A stretch of DNA of 64,000 bases from a phage. The notes below the pieces were generated by a model that was not told where the DNA came from, made no database searches, and saw nothing but the letters and a program-made list of their open reading frames with translations. The translations under genes and the position numbers were made by a program. This document shows positions 1 through 10,990 of the stretch, one piece after another. The stretch lies in sequence record PZ452595.1. The stretch is one strand, 5' to 3'. Position 1 is the stretch's first letter. Every line of letters begins with the position of its first letter.

Positions 1-32
1 AATATATTAAAGCATATTAAAGAGGATTAAAA

Positions 33-2012
33 ATGACTTTATTATCTCCGGGCATTGAGCTCAAAGAAACTACGGTTCAAAGCACCGTGGTTAATAACTC
101 TACTGGTACAGCAGCTTTGGCCGGTAAATTCCAGTGGGGTCCTGCTTTTCAGATTAAACAGGTTACAAATGAAGTAGATTTAGTTAATACTTTTGGTCAA
201 CCAACCGCTGAAACTGCTGACTATTTTATGTCTGCGATGAATTTCTTGCAGTACGGAAATGACTTACGAGTAGTTCGTGCTGTTGATAGAGATACCGCTA
301 AAAACTCATCACCAATTGCTGGTAATATTGAATACACAATTTCTACCCCAGGTAGTAACTATGCGGTTGGAGATAAAATCACGGTCAAATATGTTTCAGA
401 TGATATTGAAACTGAAGGTAAAATTACTGAAGTAGACGCAGATGGAAAAATTAAGAAAATTAATATTCCTACTGCAAAAATTATCGCTAAAGCTAAAGAA
501 GTCGGTGAATATCCAGAATTAGGTTCTAACTGGACTGCGGAAATTTCTTCGTCTTCCTCTGGTTTAGCTGCAGTAATAACTCTTGGAAAAATTATTACTG
601 ATTCTGGTATTTTATTAGCTGAAATTGAAAATGCTGAAGCTGCTATGACAGCGGTTGACTTTCAAGCAAATCTCGAAAAATACGGAATTCCAGGAGTAGT
701 AGCTCTTTATCCAGGCGAATTAGGCGATAAAATTGAAATTGAAATCGTATCTAAAGCTGACTATGCAAAAGGAGCTTCTGCATTACTCCCAATTTATCCG
801 GGCGGTGGTACTCGCGCATCTACTGCTAAAGCAGTGTTTGGATATGGACCACAAACTGATTCGCAGTACGCTATTATAGTTCGTCGTAATGATGCTATTG
901 TTCAAAGCGTTGTTCTTTCGACTAAGCGTGGTGAAAAAGATATTTACGATAGTAACATCTATATCGATGACTTTTTCGCAAAAGGCGGCTCAGAATATAT
1001 TTTTGCAACTGCACAAAACTGGCCAGAAGGCTTCTCTGGAATTTTAACTCTGTCTGGTGGATTATCATCAAATGCTGAAGTAACAGCAGGAGATTTGATG
1101 GAAGCTTGGGACTTCTTTGCTGACCGTGAATCTGTTGACGTTCAACTGTTTATTGCGGGTTCTTGTGCCGGTGAATCTTTAGAAACAGCATCTACTGTCC
1201 AAAAACACGTCGTTTCAATTGGGGATGCTCGCCAAGATTGCTTAGTATTGTGCTCACCGCCGCGTGAAACTGTAGTTGGAATTCCTGTAACTCGTGCTGT
1301 TGATAACTTAGTCAATTGGAGAACTGCAGCAGGTTCATACACTGATAATAACTTTAATATCAGTTCAACCTATGCAGCAATTGATGGTAACTATAAGTAT
1401 CAGTATGACAAATATAATGATGTGAATCGTTGGGTTCCATTAGCAGCTGATATTGCTGGTTTATGCGCAAGAACTGATAACGTATCTCAGACTTGGATGT
1501 CTCCAGCTGGTTATAATCGTGGTCAGATTCTTAACGTTATTAAACTGGCTATTGAAACTCGCCAGGCTCAGCGCGACCGTTTATACCAAGAAGCTATCAA
1601 CCCAGTAACTGGTACAGGTGGTGATGGTTACGTATTGTATGGTGATAAAACAGCTACTTCTGTTCCTTCTCCATTTGATCGTATTAACGTTCGTCGTCTG
1701 TTTAATATGTTGAAAACTAATATCGGACGTAGTTCAAAATATCGTTTGTTCGAATTAAACAACGCGTTTACTCGTTCATCATTCCGCACAGAAACTGCCC
1801 AGTACTTGCAGGGAATTAAAGCTCTCGGTGGAATTTATGAATATCGTGTAGTTTGCGATACAACAAATAATACTCCGTCAGTAATTGATAGAAATGAGTT
1901 TGTTGCAACATTCTACATCCAACCGGCTAGAAGCATTAACTACATTACCTTAAACTTCGTAGCAACTGCTACTGGTGCAGATTTCGATGAGTTAACTGGT
2001 CTTGCAGGTTAA
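33..2012 (+). CDS. 18: Tail sheath protein gp18
   Basis: 659 aa ORF, same length as T4 gp18; N-terminus and position upstream of gene 19 match. Confidence 0.95.
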   Translation: MTLLSPGIELKETTVQSTVVNNSTGTAALAGKFQWGPAFQIKQVTNEVDLVNTFGQPTAETADYFMSAMNFLQYGNDLRVVRAVDRDTAKNSSPIAGNIEYTISTPGSNYAVGDKITVKYVSDDIETEGKITEVDADGKIKKINIPTAKIIAKAKEVGEYPELGSNWTAEISSSSSGLAAVITLGKIITDSGILLAEIENAEAAMTAVDFQANLEKYGIPGVVALYPGELGDKIEIEIVSKADYAKGASALLPIYPGGGTRASTAKAVFGYGPQTDSQYAIIVRRNDAIVQSVVLSTKRGEKDIYDSNIYIDDFFAKGGSEYIFATAQNWPEGFSGILTLSGGLSSNAEVTAGDLMEAWDFFADRESVDVQLFIAGSCAGESLETASTVQKHVVSIGDARQDCLVLCSPPRETVVGIPVTRAVDNLVNWRTAAGSYTDNNFNISSTYAAIDGNYKYQYDKYNDVNRWVPLAADIAGLCARTDNVSQTWMSPAGYNRGQILNVIKLAIETRQAQRDRLYQEAINPVTGTGGDGYVLYGDKTATSVPSPFDRINVRRLFNMLKTNIGRSSKYRLFELNNAFTRSSFRTETAQYLQGIKALGGIYEYRVVCDTTNNTPSVIDRNEFVATFYIQPARSINYITLNFVATATGADFDELTGLAG

Positions 2013-2028
2013 TACGGTGCATTCTAAA

Positions 2029-2046
2029 GGCCTGTTTCGGCAGGCC
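2029..2046 (+). terminator. Hairpin after gene 18 (ggcctg-tttcgg-caggcc)
   Basis: Perfect 6-bp inverted repeat directly after the gene 18 stop; may attenuate rather than terminate. Confidence 0.4.
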
Positions 2047-2047
2047 A

Positions 2048-2055
2048 TATAAATA
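2048..2055 (+). promoter_or_regulatory. T4 late promoter motif TATAAATA
   Basis: Exact TATAAATA about 75 nt upstream of the gene 19 ATG. Confidence 0.5.
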
Positions 2056-2106
2056 CACTATATCCTTAATTCTTTAATTCTATATGCCCTAGGTTAAACA
2101 TAGGGA

Positions 2107-2114
2107 TATAAATA
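2107..2114 (+). promoter_or_regulatory. T4 late promoter motif TATAAATA (P19)
   Basis: Exact TATAAATA 15 nt upstream of the gene 19 ATG, followed by SD AGAGG. Confidence 0.6.
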
Positions 2115-2128
2115 CTACAGAGGCTAAT

Positions 2129-2620
2129 ATGTTTGTAGATGATGTAACACGAGCGTTTGAATCTGGTGATTTTGCTCGACCTAACTTATTCCAAGTAGAA
2201 ATTTCTTATCTTGGACAAAATTTTACGTTTCAATGTAAAGCCACTGCTTTACCAGCTGGTATTGTAGAAAAAATTCCAGTCGGATTTATGAACCGTAAAA
2301 TTAACGTAGCAGGCGATCGTACATTCGATGACTGGACTGTTACAGTAATGAACGATGAAGCTCATGATGCTCGCCAGAAGTTCGTTGATTGGCAAAGCAT
2401 TGCTGCGGGGCAAGGAAACGAAATTACTGGTGGAAAACCTGCAGAGTATAAAAAGAGCGCTATCGTTCGTCAATATGCTCGTGACGCTAAAACAGTAACA
2501 AAAGAAATTGAAATTAAAGGTCTGTGGCCTACTAATGTGGGTGAACTTCAATTGGATTGGGATTCAAACAATGAAATCCAAACATTTGAAGTAACTCTTG
2601 CTCTCGATTATTGGGAATAA
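2129..2620 (+). CDS. 19: Tail tube protein gp19
   Basis: 163 aa, same length and position as T4 gp19. Confidence 0.95.
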   Translation: MFVDDVTRAFESGDFARPNLFQVEISYLGQNFTFQCKATALPAGIVEKIPVGFMNRKINVAGDRTFDDWTVTVMNDEAHDARQKFVDWQSIAAGQGNEITGGKPAEYKKSAIVRQYARDAKTVTKEIEIKGLWPTNVGELQLDWDSNNEIQTFEVTLALDYWE

Positions 2621-2626
2621 AATGAA

Positions 2627-2642
2627 TGGGGAGAAATCCCCA
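2627..2642 (+). terminator. Hairpin after gene 19 (tGGGGagaaatCCCCa)
   Basis: GC stem directly after the gene 19 stop. Confidence 0.45.
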
Positions 2643-2652
2643 TCCTGCTTAA

Positions 2653-4277
<1,625 letters not shown>

Positions 4278-4278
<1 letters not shown>

Positions 4279-4523
4279 TGGAAGGTTTAATTGAAGCTAT
4301 TAAATCAAACGACCTCGTAGCCGCTCGTAAATTATTTGCTGAAGCCATGGCTGCAAGAACGATTGATTTAATTAAAGAAGAAAAAATCGCTATCGCTCGT
4401 AATTTCTTAATCGAAGGTGAAGAACCTGAAGACGAGGATGAAGATGAAGATGATGACGAAGATAGCGATGATAAAGACGACAAAAAAGACAAAGACTCTG
4501 ACGAAGACGAGGATGATGAATAA
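4278..4523 (+). CDS. 67: Prohead core protein gp67 with acidic C-terminal tail
   Basis: About 80 aa between genes 20 and 68; C-terminus is a D/E-rich run. Confidence 0.8.
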
Positions 4524-4948
4524 TGCTTCTGATCCCTGAAACTCATGAATTAGTTCTCGAGAATGTCGAAGCACTTATTCCTGAAGCACAGGGTCGCTTT
4601 GACGAATTGTCTTCTGCTTTAAATAAAGACGATATAAATACAATTGTCGAGAATATGCTTGATGATGAAACTGATTTAGCGGTTGCATTAGCTTCTATTA
4701 ATGAAAATATGCCGTTAAATGAATTCATCGTTAAACATGTTTCCGCCCGTGGTGAAATTACTCGCACTAAAGACCGCAAAACGCGTGAACGTAATGCATT
4801 TCAAACCACTGGGCTGTCTAAAGCAAAACGTAGACAAATTGCTCGTAAAGCTACCAAAACGAAGATTGCCAATCCAGCAGGTCAATCTCGTGCTCAGCGT
4901 AAGCGTAAAAAAGCTCTTAAACGCCGTAAAGCATTAGGATTAAGCTAA
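4523..4948 (+). CDS. 68: Prohead core protein gp68 with basic C-terminal tail
   Basis: 141 aa between genes 67 and 21; lysine/arginine-rich C-terminus. Confidence 0.8.
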
Positions 4949-5586
4949 TGAATGAACCCCAATTACTAATTGAAACTTGGGGTCAACCTGGCGAAATTAT
5001 TGATGGCGTACCAATGCTTGAATCTCATGATGGAAAAGACTTAGGTTTAAAACCGGGTTTATACATCGAAGGAATATTCATGCAAGCGGAAGTTGTCAAT
5101 AGAAATAAACGTCTTTATCCAAAACGTATATTAGAAAAAGCGGTAAAAGACTATATTAATGAGCAAGTTTTAACTAAACAAGCTCTCGGAGAATTAAATC
5201 ATCCTCCACGCGCTAATGTTGACCCAATGCAAGCCGCTATCATTATAGAAGATATGTGGTGGAAAGGAAATGACGTATACGGACGAGCTCGTGTTATTGA
5301 AGGTGACCATGGTCCTGGAGATAAATTAGCAGCTAATATTCGTGCCGGATGGATTCCAGGAGTTTCTTCTCGTGGATTAGGTTCATTGACTGACACAAAT
5401 AAAGGTTATCGTATCGTAAACGAAGGATTCAAATTAACTGTAGGTGTTGATGCAGTATGGGGTCCAAGTGCTCCAGATGCATGGGTAACTCCTAAGGAAA
5501 TTACCGAATCACAGACGGCGGAAGCCGATACAAGTGCCGATGACGCCTATATGGCTCTCGCAGAGGCCATGAAAAAAGCGTTATAA
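4948..5586 (+). CDS. 21: Prohead core scaffold protein and protease gp21
   Basis: 212 aa, same length and position as T4 gp21. Confidence 0.9.
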   Translation: MNEPQLLIETWGQPGEIIDGVPMLESHDGKDLGLKPGLYIEGIFMQAEVVNRNKRLYPKRILEKAVKDYINEQVLTKQALGELNHPPRANVDPMQAAIIIEDMWWKGNDVYGRARVIEGDHGPGDKLAANIRAGWIPGVSSRGLGSLTDTNKGYRIVNEGFKLTVGVDAVWGPSAPDAWVTPKEITESQTAEADTSADDAYMALAEAMKKAL

Positions 5587-5616
5587 ATATTATTATCTAA
5601 ACAACAGGACTACAAA

Positions 5617-6426
5617 ATGCTTAAAGAACAACTGATTGCCGAAGCGCAGAAAATTGATGCTTCCGTTGCTCTTGATAGTATTTTCGAATCAGTTAATATT
5701 TCTCCGGAAGCAAAAGAAACTTTCGGCACTGTATTCGAAGCTACCGTCAAGCAGCACGCCGTTAAATTAGCTGAATCTCATATCGCTAAAATTGCTGAAA
5801 AAGCAGAAGAAGAAGTAGAAAAAAATAAAGAAGAAGCCGAAGAAAAAGCTGAGAAGAAAATCGCTGAGCAAGCTTCTAAATTCATTGACCATCTTGCAAA
5901 AGAATGGCTCGCTGAAAATAAATTAGCAGTTGATAAAGGCATCAAAGCCGAACTGTTTGAATCCATGCTTGGTGGATTAAAAGAGCTCTTTGTTGAACAC
6001 AACGTTGTTGTTCCAGAAGAATCAGTTGATGTTGTAGCTGAAATGGAAGAAGAGCTGCAAGAACATAAAGAAGAATCAGCTCGTCTGTTCGAAGAACTCA
6101 ATAAGCGTGACGCATATATCAATTATGTGCAGCGTGAAGTGGCATTGAGCGAAAGTACTAAAGATCTGACTGAGTCTCAAAAAGAAAAAGTCTCTGCTCT
6201 GGTCGAAGGTATGGATTATTCAGATGCATTCTCAAGTAAATTGAGTGCAATCGTAGAAATGGTGAAGAAATCTAATAAAGATGAAAGCACTATTACTGAG
6301 AGTATAAATACTCCTGATACTGAAGCAGCCGGACTGAATTTCGTCACTGAAGCTGTAGAAGATAAAGCTGCACAAGGTGCAGAAGATATTGTAAGTGTAT
6401 ATGCGAAAGTCGCATCTCGTTTCTAA
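5617..6426 (+). CDS. 22: Prohead core scaffold protein gp22
   Basis: 269 aa, E/K-rich coiled-coil-like sequence upstream of gene 23. Confidence 0.9.
   Translation: MLKEQLIAEAQKIDASVALDSIFESVNISPEAKETFGTVFEATVKQHAVKLAESHIAKIAEKAEEEVEKNKEEAEEKAEKKIAEQASKFIDHLAKEWLAENKLAVDKGIKAELFESMLGGLKELFVEHNVVVPEESVDVVAEMEEELQEHKEESARLFEELNKRDAYINYVQREVALSESTKDLTESQKEKVSALVEGMDYSDAFSSKLSAIVEMVKKSNKDESTITESINTPDTEAAGLNFVTEAVEDKAAQGAEDIVSVYAKVASRF
6303..6310 (+). promoter_or_regulatory. T4 late promoter motif TATAAATA inside the 3' part of gene 22 (P23)
   Basis: Exact TATAAATA about 135 nt upstream of the gene 23 ATG. Confidence 0.5.
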
Positions 6427-6444
6427 TTTTAAAGGTTAACACAA

Positions 6445-8010
6445 ATGACTATCAAAACTAAAGCTGAACTTTTGAACAAATGGAAGCCATTACTGGAAGG
6501 TGAAGGTTTACCGGAAATTGCTAATAGCAAACAAGCGATTATCGCTAAAATCTTTGAAAACCAGGAAAAAGATTTCCAGACAGCTCCGGAATATAAAGAC
6601 GAAAAAATTGCTCAGGCATTCGGTTCTTTCTTAACAGAAGCTGAAATCGGTGGTGACCACGGTTACAATGCTACCAACATCGCTGCAGGTCAGACTTCTG
6701 GCGCAGTAACTCAGATTGGCCCAGCTGTTATGGGTATGGTACGTCGTGCTATTCCTAACCTGATTGCTTTCGATATTTGTGGTGTTCAGCCGATGAACAG
6801 CCCGACTGGCCAGGTATTCGCATTGCGTGCAGTATATGGTAAAGACCCAGTGGCTGCCGGTGCTAAAGAAGCATTCCACCCAATGTATGGTCCAGATGCA
6901 ATGTTCTCTGGTCAGGGTGCTGCTAAGAAATTCCCAGCTCTGGCTGCTAGCACACAAACCGTTGTAGGTGATATCTATACTCACTTCTTCCAGGAAACTG
7001 GTACTGTGTATCTGCAAGCTTCCGCTGTAGTAACAATCGATTCTGGTGCGACTGATGCTGCTAAATTAGATGCTGAAATTAAGAAACAAATGGAAGCTGG
7101 TGCACTGGTAGAAATCGCTGAAGGTATGGCTACTTCTATCGCTGAACTCCAGGAAGGTTTCAACGGTTCTACCGATAACCCATGGAATGAAATGGGCTTC
7201 CGTATCGATAAACAAGTTATCGAAGCTAAATCTCGTCAGCTGAAAGCTGCTTACTCTATCGAATTAGCACAAGACCTCCGCGCTGTTCACGGTATGGATG
7301 CTGATGCTGAACTGTCTGGTATTCTGGCTACAGAAATTATGCTGGAAATCAACCGTGAAGTTGTTGATTGGATTAACTACTCAGCACAGGTTGGTAAATC
7401 TGGTATGACCCTGACTCCGGGTTCTAAAGCTGGTGTATTTGACTTCCAGGACCCAATCGATATTCGTGGTGCTCGCTGGGCAGGTGAATCCTTTAAAGCT
7501 CTGTTGTTCCAGATTGACAAAGAAGCAGTTGAAATTGCTCGTCAGACTGGTCGCGGCGAAGGTAACTTCATTATCGCTTCCCGTAACGTAGTTAACGTTT
7601 TGGCTTCAGTTGATACCGGCATTTCTTATGCTGCACAGGGTCTGGCTACCGGCTTCAACACTGATACTACCAAGTCAGTATTTGCTGGTGTTCTGGGTGG
7701 TAAATACCGTGTATATATCGACCAGTATGCTAAACAGGATTATTTCACTGTAGGTTATAAAGGTCCGAACGAAATGGATGCTGGTATTTACTATGCTCCA
7801 TATGTAGCTCTGACTCCGCTGCGTGGTTCCGATCCGAAGAACTTCCAACCGGTAATGGGATTCAAAACTCGTTACGGTATCGGTATCAACCCATTTGCAG
7901 AATCCGCTGCTCAGGCTCCGGCTTCTCGCATCCAGAGCGGTATGCCTTCTATTCTGAACAGCCTTGGTAAAAACGCTTACTTCCGCCGTGTATATGTTAA
8001 AGGTATCTAA
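6445..8010 (+). CDS. 23: Major capsid protein gp23
   Basis: 521 aa, same length as T4 gp23; characteristic sequence and codon usage of a highly expressed gene. Confidence 0.97.
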   Translation: MTIKTKAELLNKWKPLLEGEGLPEIANSKQAIIAKIFENQEKDFQTAPEYKDEKIAQAFGSFLTEAEIGGDHGYNATNIAAGQTSGAVTQIGPAVMGMVRRAIPNLIAFDICGVQPMNSPTGQVFALRAVYGKDPVAAGAKEAFHPMYGPDAMFSGQGAAKKFPALAASTQTVVGDIYTHFFQETGTVYLQASAVVTIDSGATDAAKLDAEIKKQMEAGALVEIAEGMATSIAELQEGFNGSTDNPWNEMGFRIDKQVIEAKSRQLKAAYSIELAQDLRAVHGMDADAELSGILATEIMLEINREVVDWINYSAQVGKSGMTLTPGSKAGVFDFQDPIDIRGARWAGESFKALLFQIDKEAVEIARQTGRGEGNFIIASRNVVNVLASVDTGISYAAQGLATGFNTDTTKSVFAGVLGGKYRVYIDQYAKQDYFTVGYKGPNEMDAGIYYAPYVALTPLRGSDPKNFQPVMGFKTRYGIGINPFAESAAQAPASRIQSGMPSILNSLGKNAYFRRVYVKGI

Positions 8011-8024
8011 TCTTTGACGATTTA

Positions 8025-8042
8025 AGGGACCTTCGGGTCCCT
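8025..8042 (+). terminator. Rho-independent terminator after gene 23 (GGGACC-UUCG-GGUCCC)
   Basis: Perfect GC stem with UUCG tetraloop, followed by a T-rich tract. Confidence 0.7.
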
Positions 8043-8058
8043 TTAGTTGTTTTTATGG

Positions 8059-8066
8059 TATAAATA
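8059..8066 (+). promoter_or_regulatory. T4 late promoter motif TATAAATA (P24)
   Basis: Exact TATAAATA about 28 nt upstream of the gene 24 ATG. Confidence 0.6.
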
Positions 8067-8093
8067 AATCATATAAACCAAAAGGAAAGCGCA

Positions 8094-9377
8094 ATGGCTA
8101 AAATCAACGAACTTCTGCGCGAGTCAACCACAACGAATAGCAACTCAATCGGTCGCCCAAATCTCGTTGCTTTGACTCGCGCTACCACTAAATTAATATA
8201 TTCTGACATTGTAGCAACGCAAAGAACTAATCAACCTGTTGCTGCTTTTTATGGTATCAAATACCTTAACCCAGACAACGAATTTACATTTAAAACTGGT
8301 GCTACTTACGCTGGCGAAGCTGGATATGTAGACCGAGAACAAATCACAGAATTAACAGAAGAGTCTAAATTAACTCTCAATAAAGGCGATTTATTCAAAT
8401 ATAATAACATCGTTTATAAAGTATTAGAAGATACTCCATTCGCTGATATTGAAGAAAGCGACTTAGAGTTAGCTCTTCAGATTGCAATTGTTCTTTTAAA
8501 GGTTCGTCTATTTTCTGACGCAGCGTCAACAAGCAAATTTGAAAGCTCTGATAGCGAAATTGCGGATGCTAGATTTCAGATTAATAAATGGCAAACCGCG
8601 GTTAAATCTCGTAAACTTAAAACTGGTATCACAGTTGAATTAGCGCAAGATTTAGAAGCAAATGGATTCGATGCTCCTAATTTCTTGGAAGATTTGCTTG
8701 CAACTGAAATGGCAGATGAAATCAATAAAGACATTCTGCAGTCTTTGATTACAGTGTCAAAACGCTATAAAGTTACAGGAATTACTGATAGTGGATTCAT
8801 CGATTTGAGTTATGCATCTGCTCCTGAAGCTGGTCGTTCATTATACCGAATGGTATGTGAAATGGTTTCGCATATCCAAAAAGAATCAACTTATACAGCA
8901 ACGTTCTGTGTTGCTTCAGCTCGTGCCGCTGCGATTCTTGCTGCATCAGGTTGGTTAAAACATAAACCAGAAGATGATAAATATCTTTCACAAAATGCCT
9001 ATGGGTTCTTAGCTAATGGTTTACCGCTTTATTGCGATACTAACAGCCCATTAGATTATGTAATCGTTGGCGTAGTAGAAAATATCGGTGAAAAAGAAAT
9101 TGTTGGATCAATTTTCTATGCTCCGTATACAGAAGGTCTCGACTTAGATGACCCTGAACATGTAGGTGCATTTAAAGTTGTGGTTGATCCAGAAAGCTTA
9201 CAACCGTCTATCGGTTTATTAGTTAGATATGCTTTATCTGCAAATCCTTACACCGTAGCAAAAGATGAAAAAGAAGCAAGAATAATTGACGGTGGAGACA
9301 TGGATAAAATGGCGGGTCGTTCAGATTTGTCTGTTTTATTAGGTGTTAAATTACCAAAAATTATTATTGATGAATAA
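8094..9377 (+). CDS. 24: Head vertex protein gp24
   Basis: 427 aa, same length as T4 gp24; directly follows gene 23 with no intervening gene. Confidence 0.93.
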   Translation: MAKINELLRESTTTNSNSIGRPNLVALTRATTKLIYSDIVATQRTNQPVAAFYGIKYLNPDNEFTFKTGATYAGEAGYVDREQITELTEESKLTLNKGDLFKYNNIVYKVLEDTPFADIEESDLELALQIAIVLLKVRLFSDAASTSKFESSDSEIADARFQINKWQTAVKSRKLKTGITVELAQDLEANGFDAPNFLEDLLATEMADEINKDILQSLITVSKRYKVTGITDSGFIDLSYASAPEAGRSLYRMVCEMVSHIQKESTYTATFCVASARAAAILAASGWLKHKPEDDKYLSQNAYGFLANGLPLYCDTNSPLDYVIVGVVENIGEKEIVGSIFYAPYTEGLDLDDPEHVGAFKVVVDPESLQPSIGLLVRYALSANPYTVAKDEKEARIIDGGDMDKMAGRSDLSVLLGVKLPKIIIDE

Positions 9378-9380
9378 AGC

Positions 9381-9402
9381 AAAGGGACCGAAAGGTCCCT
9401 TT
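9381..9402. terminator. Bidirectional terminator hairpin between genes 24 and rnlB (GGGACC-GAAA-GGUCCC)
   Basis: GC stem with GNRA loop, flanked by A-run and T-run, between convergent genes. Confidence 0.7.
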
Positions 9403-9406
9403 TTAT

Positions 9407-10411
9407 TTAGCTCACCAACTCAATCCAAGCTGGACGAAGTACATCTTGTACCATTTTAACTAATTCCTTTTTAATCAAAGAAGGATTATCTGCTTGAGTT
9501 AGAGTAATACCTTCACGAGAAGTTTCTTCCAAAATATCTTGAACAGTTAGCCCCATCACCTTTCCAAAATCTTTAGGACCAATTTCGCCAATTTTAGAAA
9601 TAACGTTATTTACTCGGTTCAGTGTAACGTAACAAGCTAAAATTCCCACCAATTTGTTATCAGCTTCTGATAGCTCAACTTTAGCTTTAATAGGCTTATC
9701 AGACTTTTTCTTTTCACTAAATTTGGAATTCTTGCATTTAATTGCTACACGATTTCCATTACGAAGCCAAGAAGGATAACAAGGTTTCAATACATATCCT
9801 TCAGCGGTAAATACTTCGCCTTTTGCTTCGGCATTCCAAACGCATTTATTTGCATCAACTAATCCAGCATGGTCTACTGTAAAATTATAATCTTGGACGA
9901 CAGAATCTAAATCATTTGGCAATTTAATAAGCTCTTCAAATTTACCGCGACCTAAAAGTGGAGCCATTTTAAATTTAAATGTATTGCAGAATGATTCCAT
10001 CATATAATCGTCGACATAAGTCACATCACCACTTTCTGTAGTGACAATAATGTCAAATACATAAAAATCTTTATCGCCATAATCGACATTCTTCTGAATG
10101 CCAGGTCCAGCGAATTCGCCAAAGACTTGATAAGATACAACTGCTGAAGTTTCCATAATATCTTGTACTGCTTTAATGGAATCAGCGTAATTCTTTAGAA
10201 TAATTTCATACCCAAAGAAATCTTCAGCAGGAAGAATCGGTCCAGTACGTTTAGCGCAAGTTACTTTATCACGCTCAATAATCAATGAGAAATTTGTGCC
10301 GTGAATCTTTTCACGAGCTACCCATTCGCCGCCAGTCAATCCCAAGATGTAAAGTTTTTCAATAAATTTAGAGTTGTAATGATTTTCAAGACTGCTATAC
10401 TTTTTAAACAT
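9407..10411 (-). CDS. rnlB: RNA ligase 2
   Basis: 334 aa, same length as T4 Rnl2; contains the KxHGxN nucleotidyltransferase motif (EKIHGTNFS). Confidence 0.9.
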   Translation of the reverse strand: MFKKYSSLENHYNSKFIEKLYILGLTGGEWVAREKIHGTNFSLIIERDKVTCAKRTGPILPAEDFFGYEIILKNYADSIKAVQDIMETSAVVSYQVFGEFAGPGIQKNVDYGDKDFYVFDIIVTTESGDVTYVDDYMMESFCNTFKFKMAPLLGRGKFEELIKLPNDLDSVVQDYNFTVDHAGLVDANKCVWNAEAKGEVFTAEGYVLKPCYPSWLRNGNRVAIKCKNSKFSEKKKSDKPIKAKVELSEADNKLVGILACYVTLNRVNNVISKIGEIGPKDFGKVMGLTVQDILEETSREGITLTQADNPSLIKKELVKMVQDVLRPAWIELVS

Positions 10412-10420
10412 AATTAATCC

Positions 10421-10699
10421 TCAAAATGTAATTTCTAACCAATCACCATCACGCTGATCACTATTGACTTTAAAGCTAAATCCTTCTTTTCTCAGCCAAT
10501 CACCAATTTCTTCAGTAATCAATTTATCACGAGCAATACAATAATAACTAAAATGTGTTTTACCTTGTTCAGCTGCTTTATTAGCAAGTTCTGAAAAATC
10601 TTTAATAAAACACTCTAGCTTAAACTGTTTACTTTTAAATGCTTTTTCGCGTAATTGATTAGCAAAAGATTCATTTTCATAAAGATCATACTGTTCCAT
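10421..10699 (-). CDS. Hypothetical protein (position of T4 24.2)
   Basis: 92 aa ORF with tight spacing to rnlB; function unknown. Confidence 0.55.
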   Translation of the reverse strand: MEQYDLYENESFANQLREKAFKSKQFKLECFIKDFSELANKAAEQGKTHFSYYCIARDKLITEEIGDWLRKEGFSFKVNSDQRDGDWLEITF

Positions 10700-10901
10700 T
10701 TTTCACCTTTTTATTGATATGTCTTTTTCTATAGACAACTTTTTCTCGAGTTTCAAATTTATTCTTAGCAGTCATAGCTCGAGCCCATAATACAGCCACT
10801 TCTTTTGCCTGTAAGTTTAATTCACGAGCAATTTCAATGAATGACTTTCCAGACTCATGAAGAGTAAACACCACAACCTCAGTTCTCATAATCAATCTCA
10901 T
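10686..10901 (-). CDS. Hypothetical small protein with helix-turn-helix-like segment (position of T4 24.3)
   Basis: 71 aa ORF; segment SFIEIARELNLQAKEVAVLWARA looks HTH-like; start could be an internal Met. Confidence 0.5.
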   Translation of the reverse strand: MRLIMRTEVVVFTLHESGKSFIEIARELNLQAKEVAVLWARAMTAKNKFETREKVVYRKRHINKKVKNGTV

Positions 10902-10969
10902 GTTATCGAGTTGGTGCCATTATATACATCATTTTCTGATTGTGTTTTGTGTGCTTTCAAAATGAAGAA

Positions 10970-10985
10970 AGGGGCCGAAGCCCCT
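10970..10985 (-). terminator. Terminator hairpin after hoc (aggggc-UUCG-gcccct on the - strand)
   Basis: Perfect stem and tetraloop just after the hoc stop; the same 16-mer recurs at 31487..31502. Confidence 0.6.
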
Positions 10986-10990
10986 TATGA

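Noticed and set aside
1142-1342. 66 aa ORF on the - strand inside gene 18
   Set aside because: Lies entirely within the well-supported tail sheath gene on the opposite strand; antisense artefact.
2249-2551. 100 aa ORF on the - strand inside gene 19
   Set aside because: Antisense to the tail tube gene; low-complexity product; no independent signals.
5778-6122. Serine-rich 114 aa ORF antisense to gene 22
   Set aside because: Mirror of the E/K-rich gp22 coding sequence; artefact.
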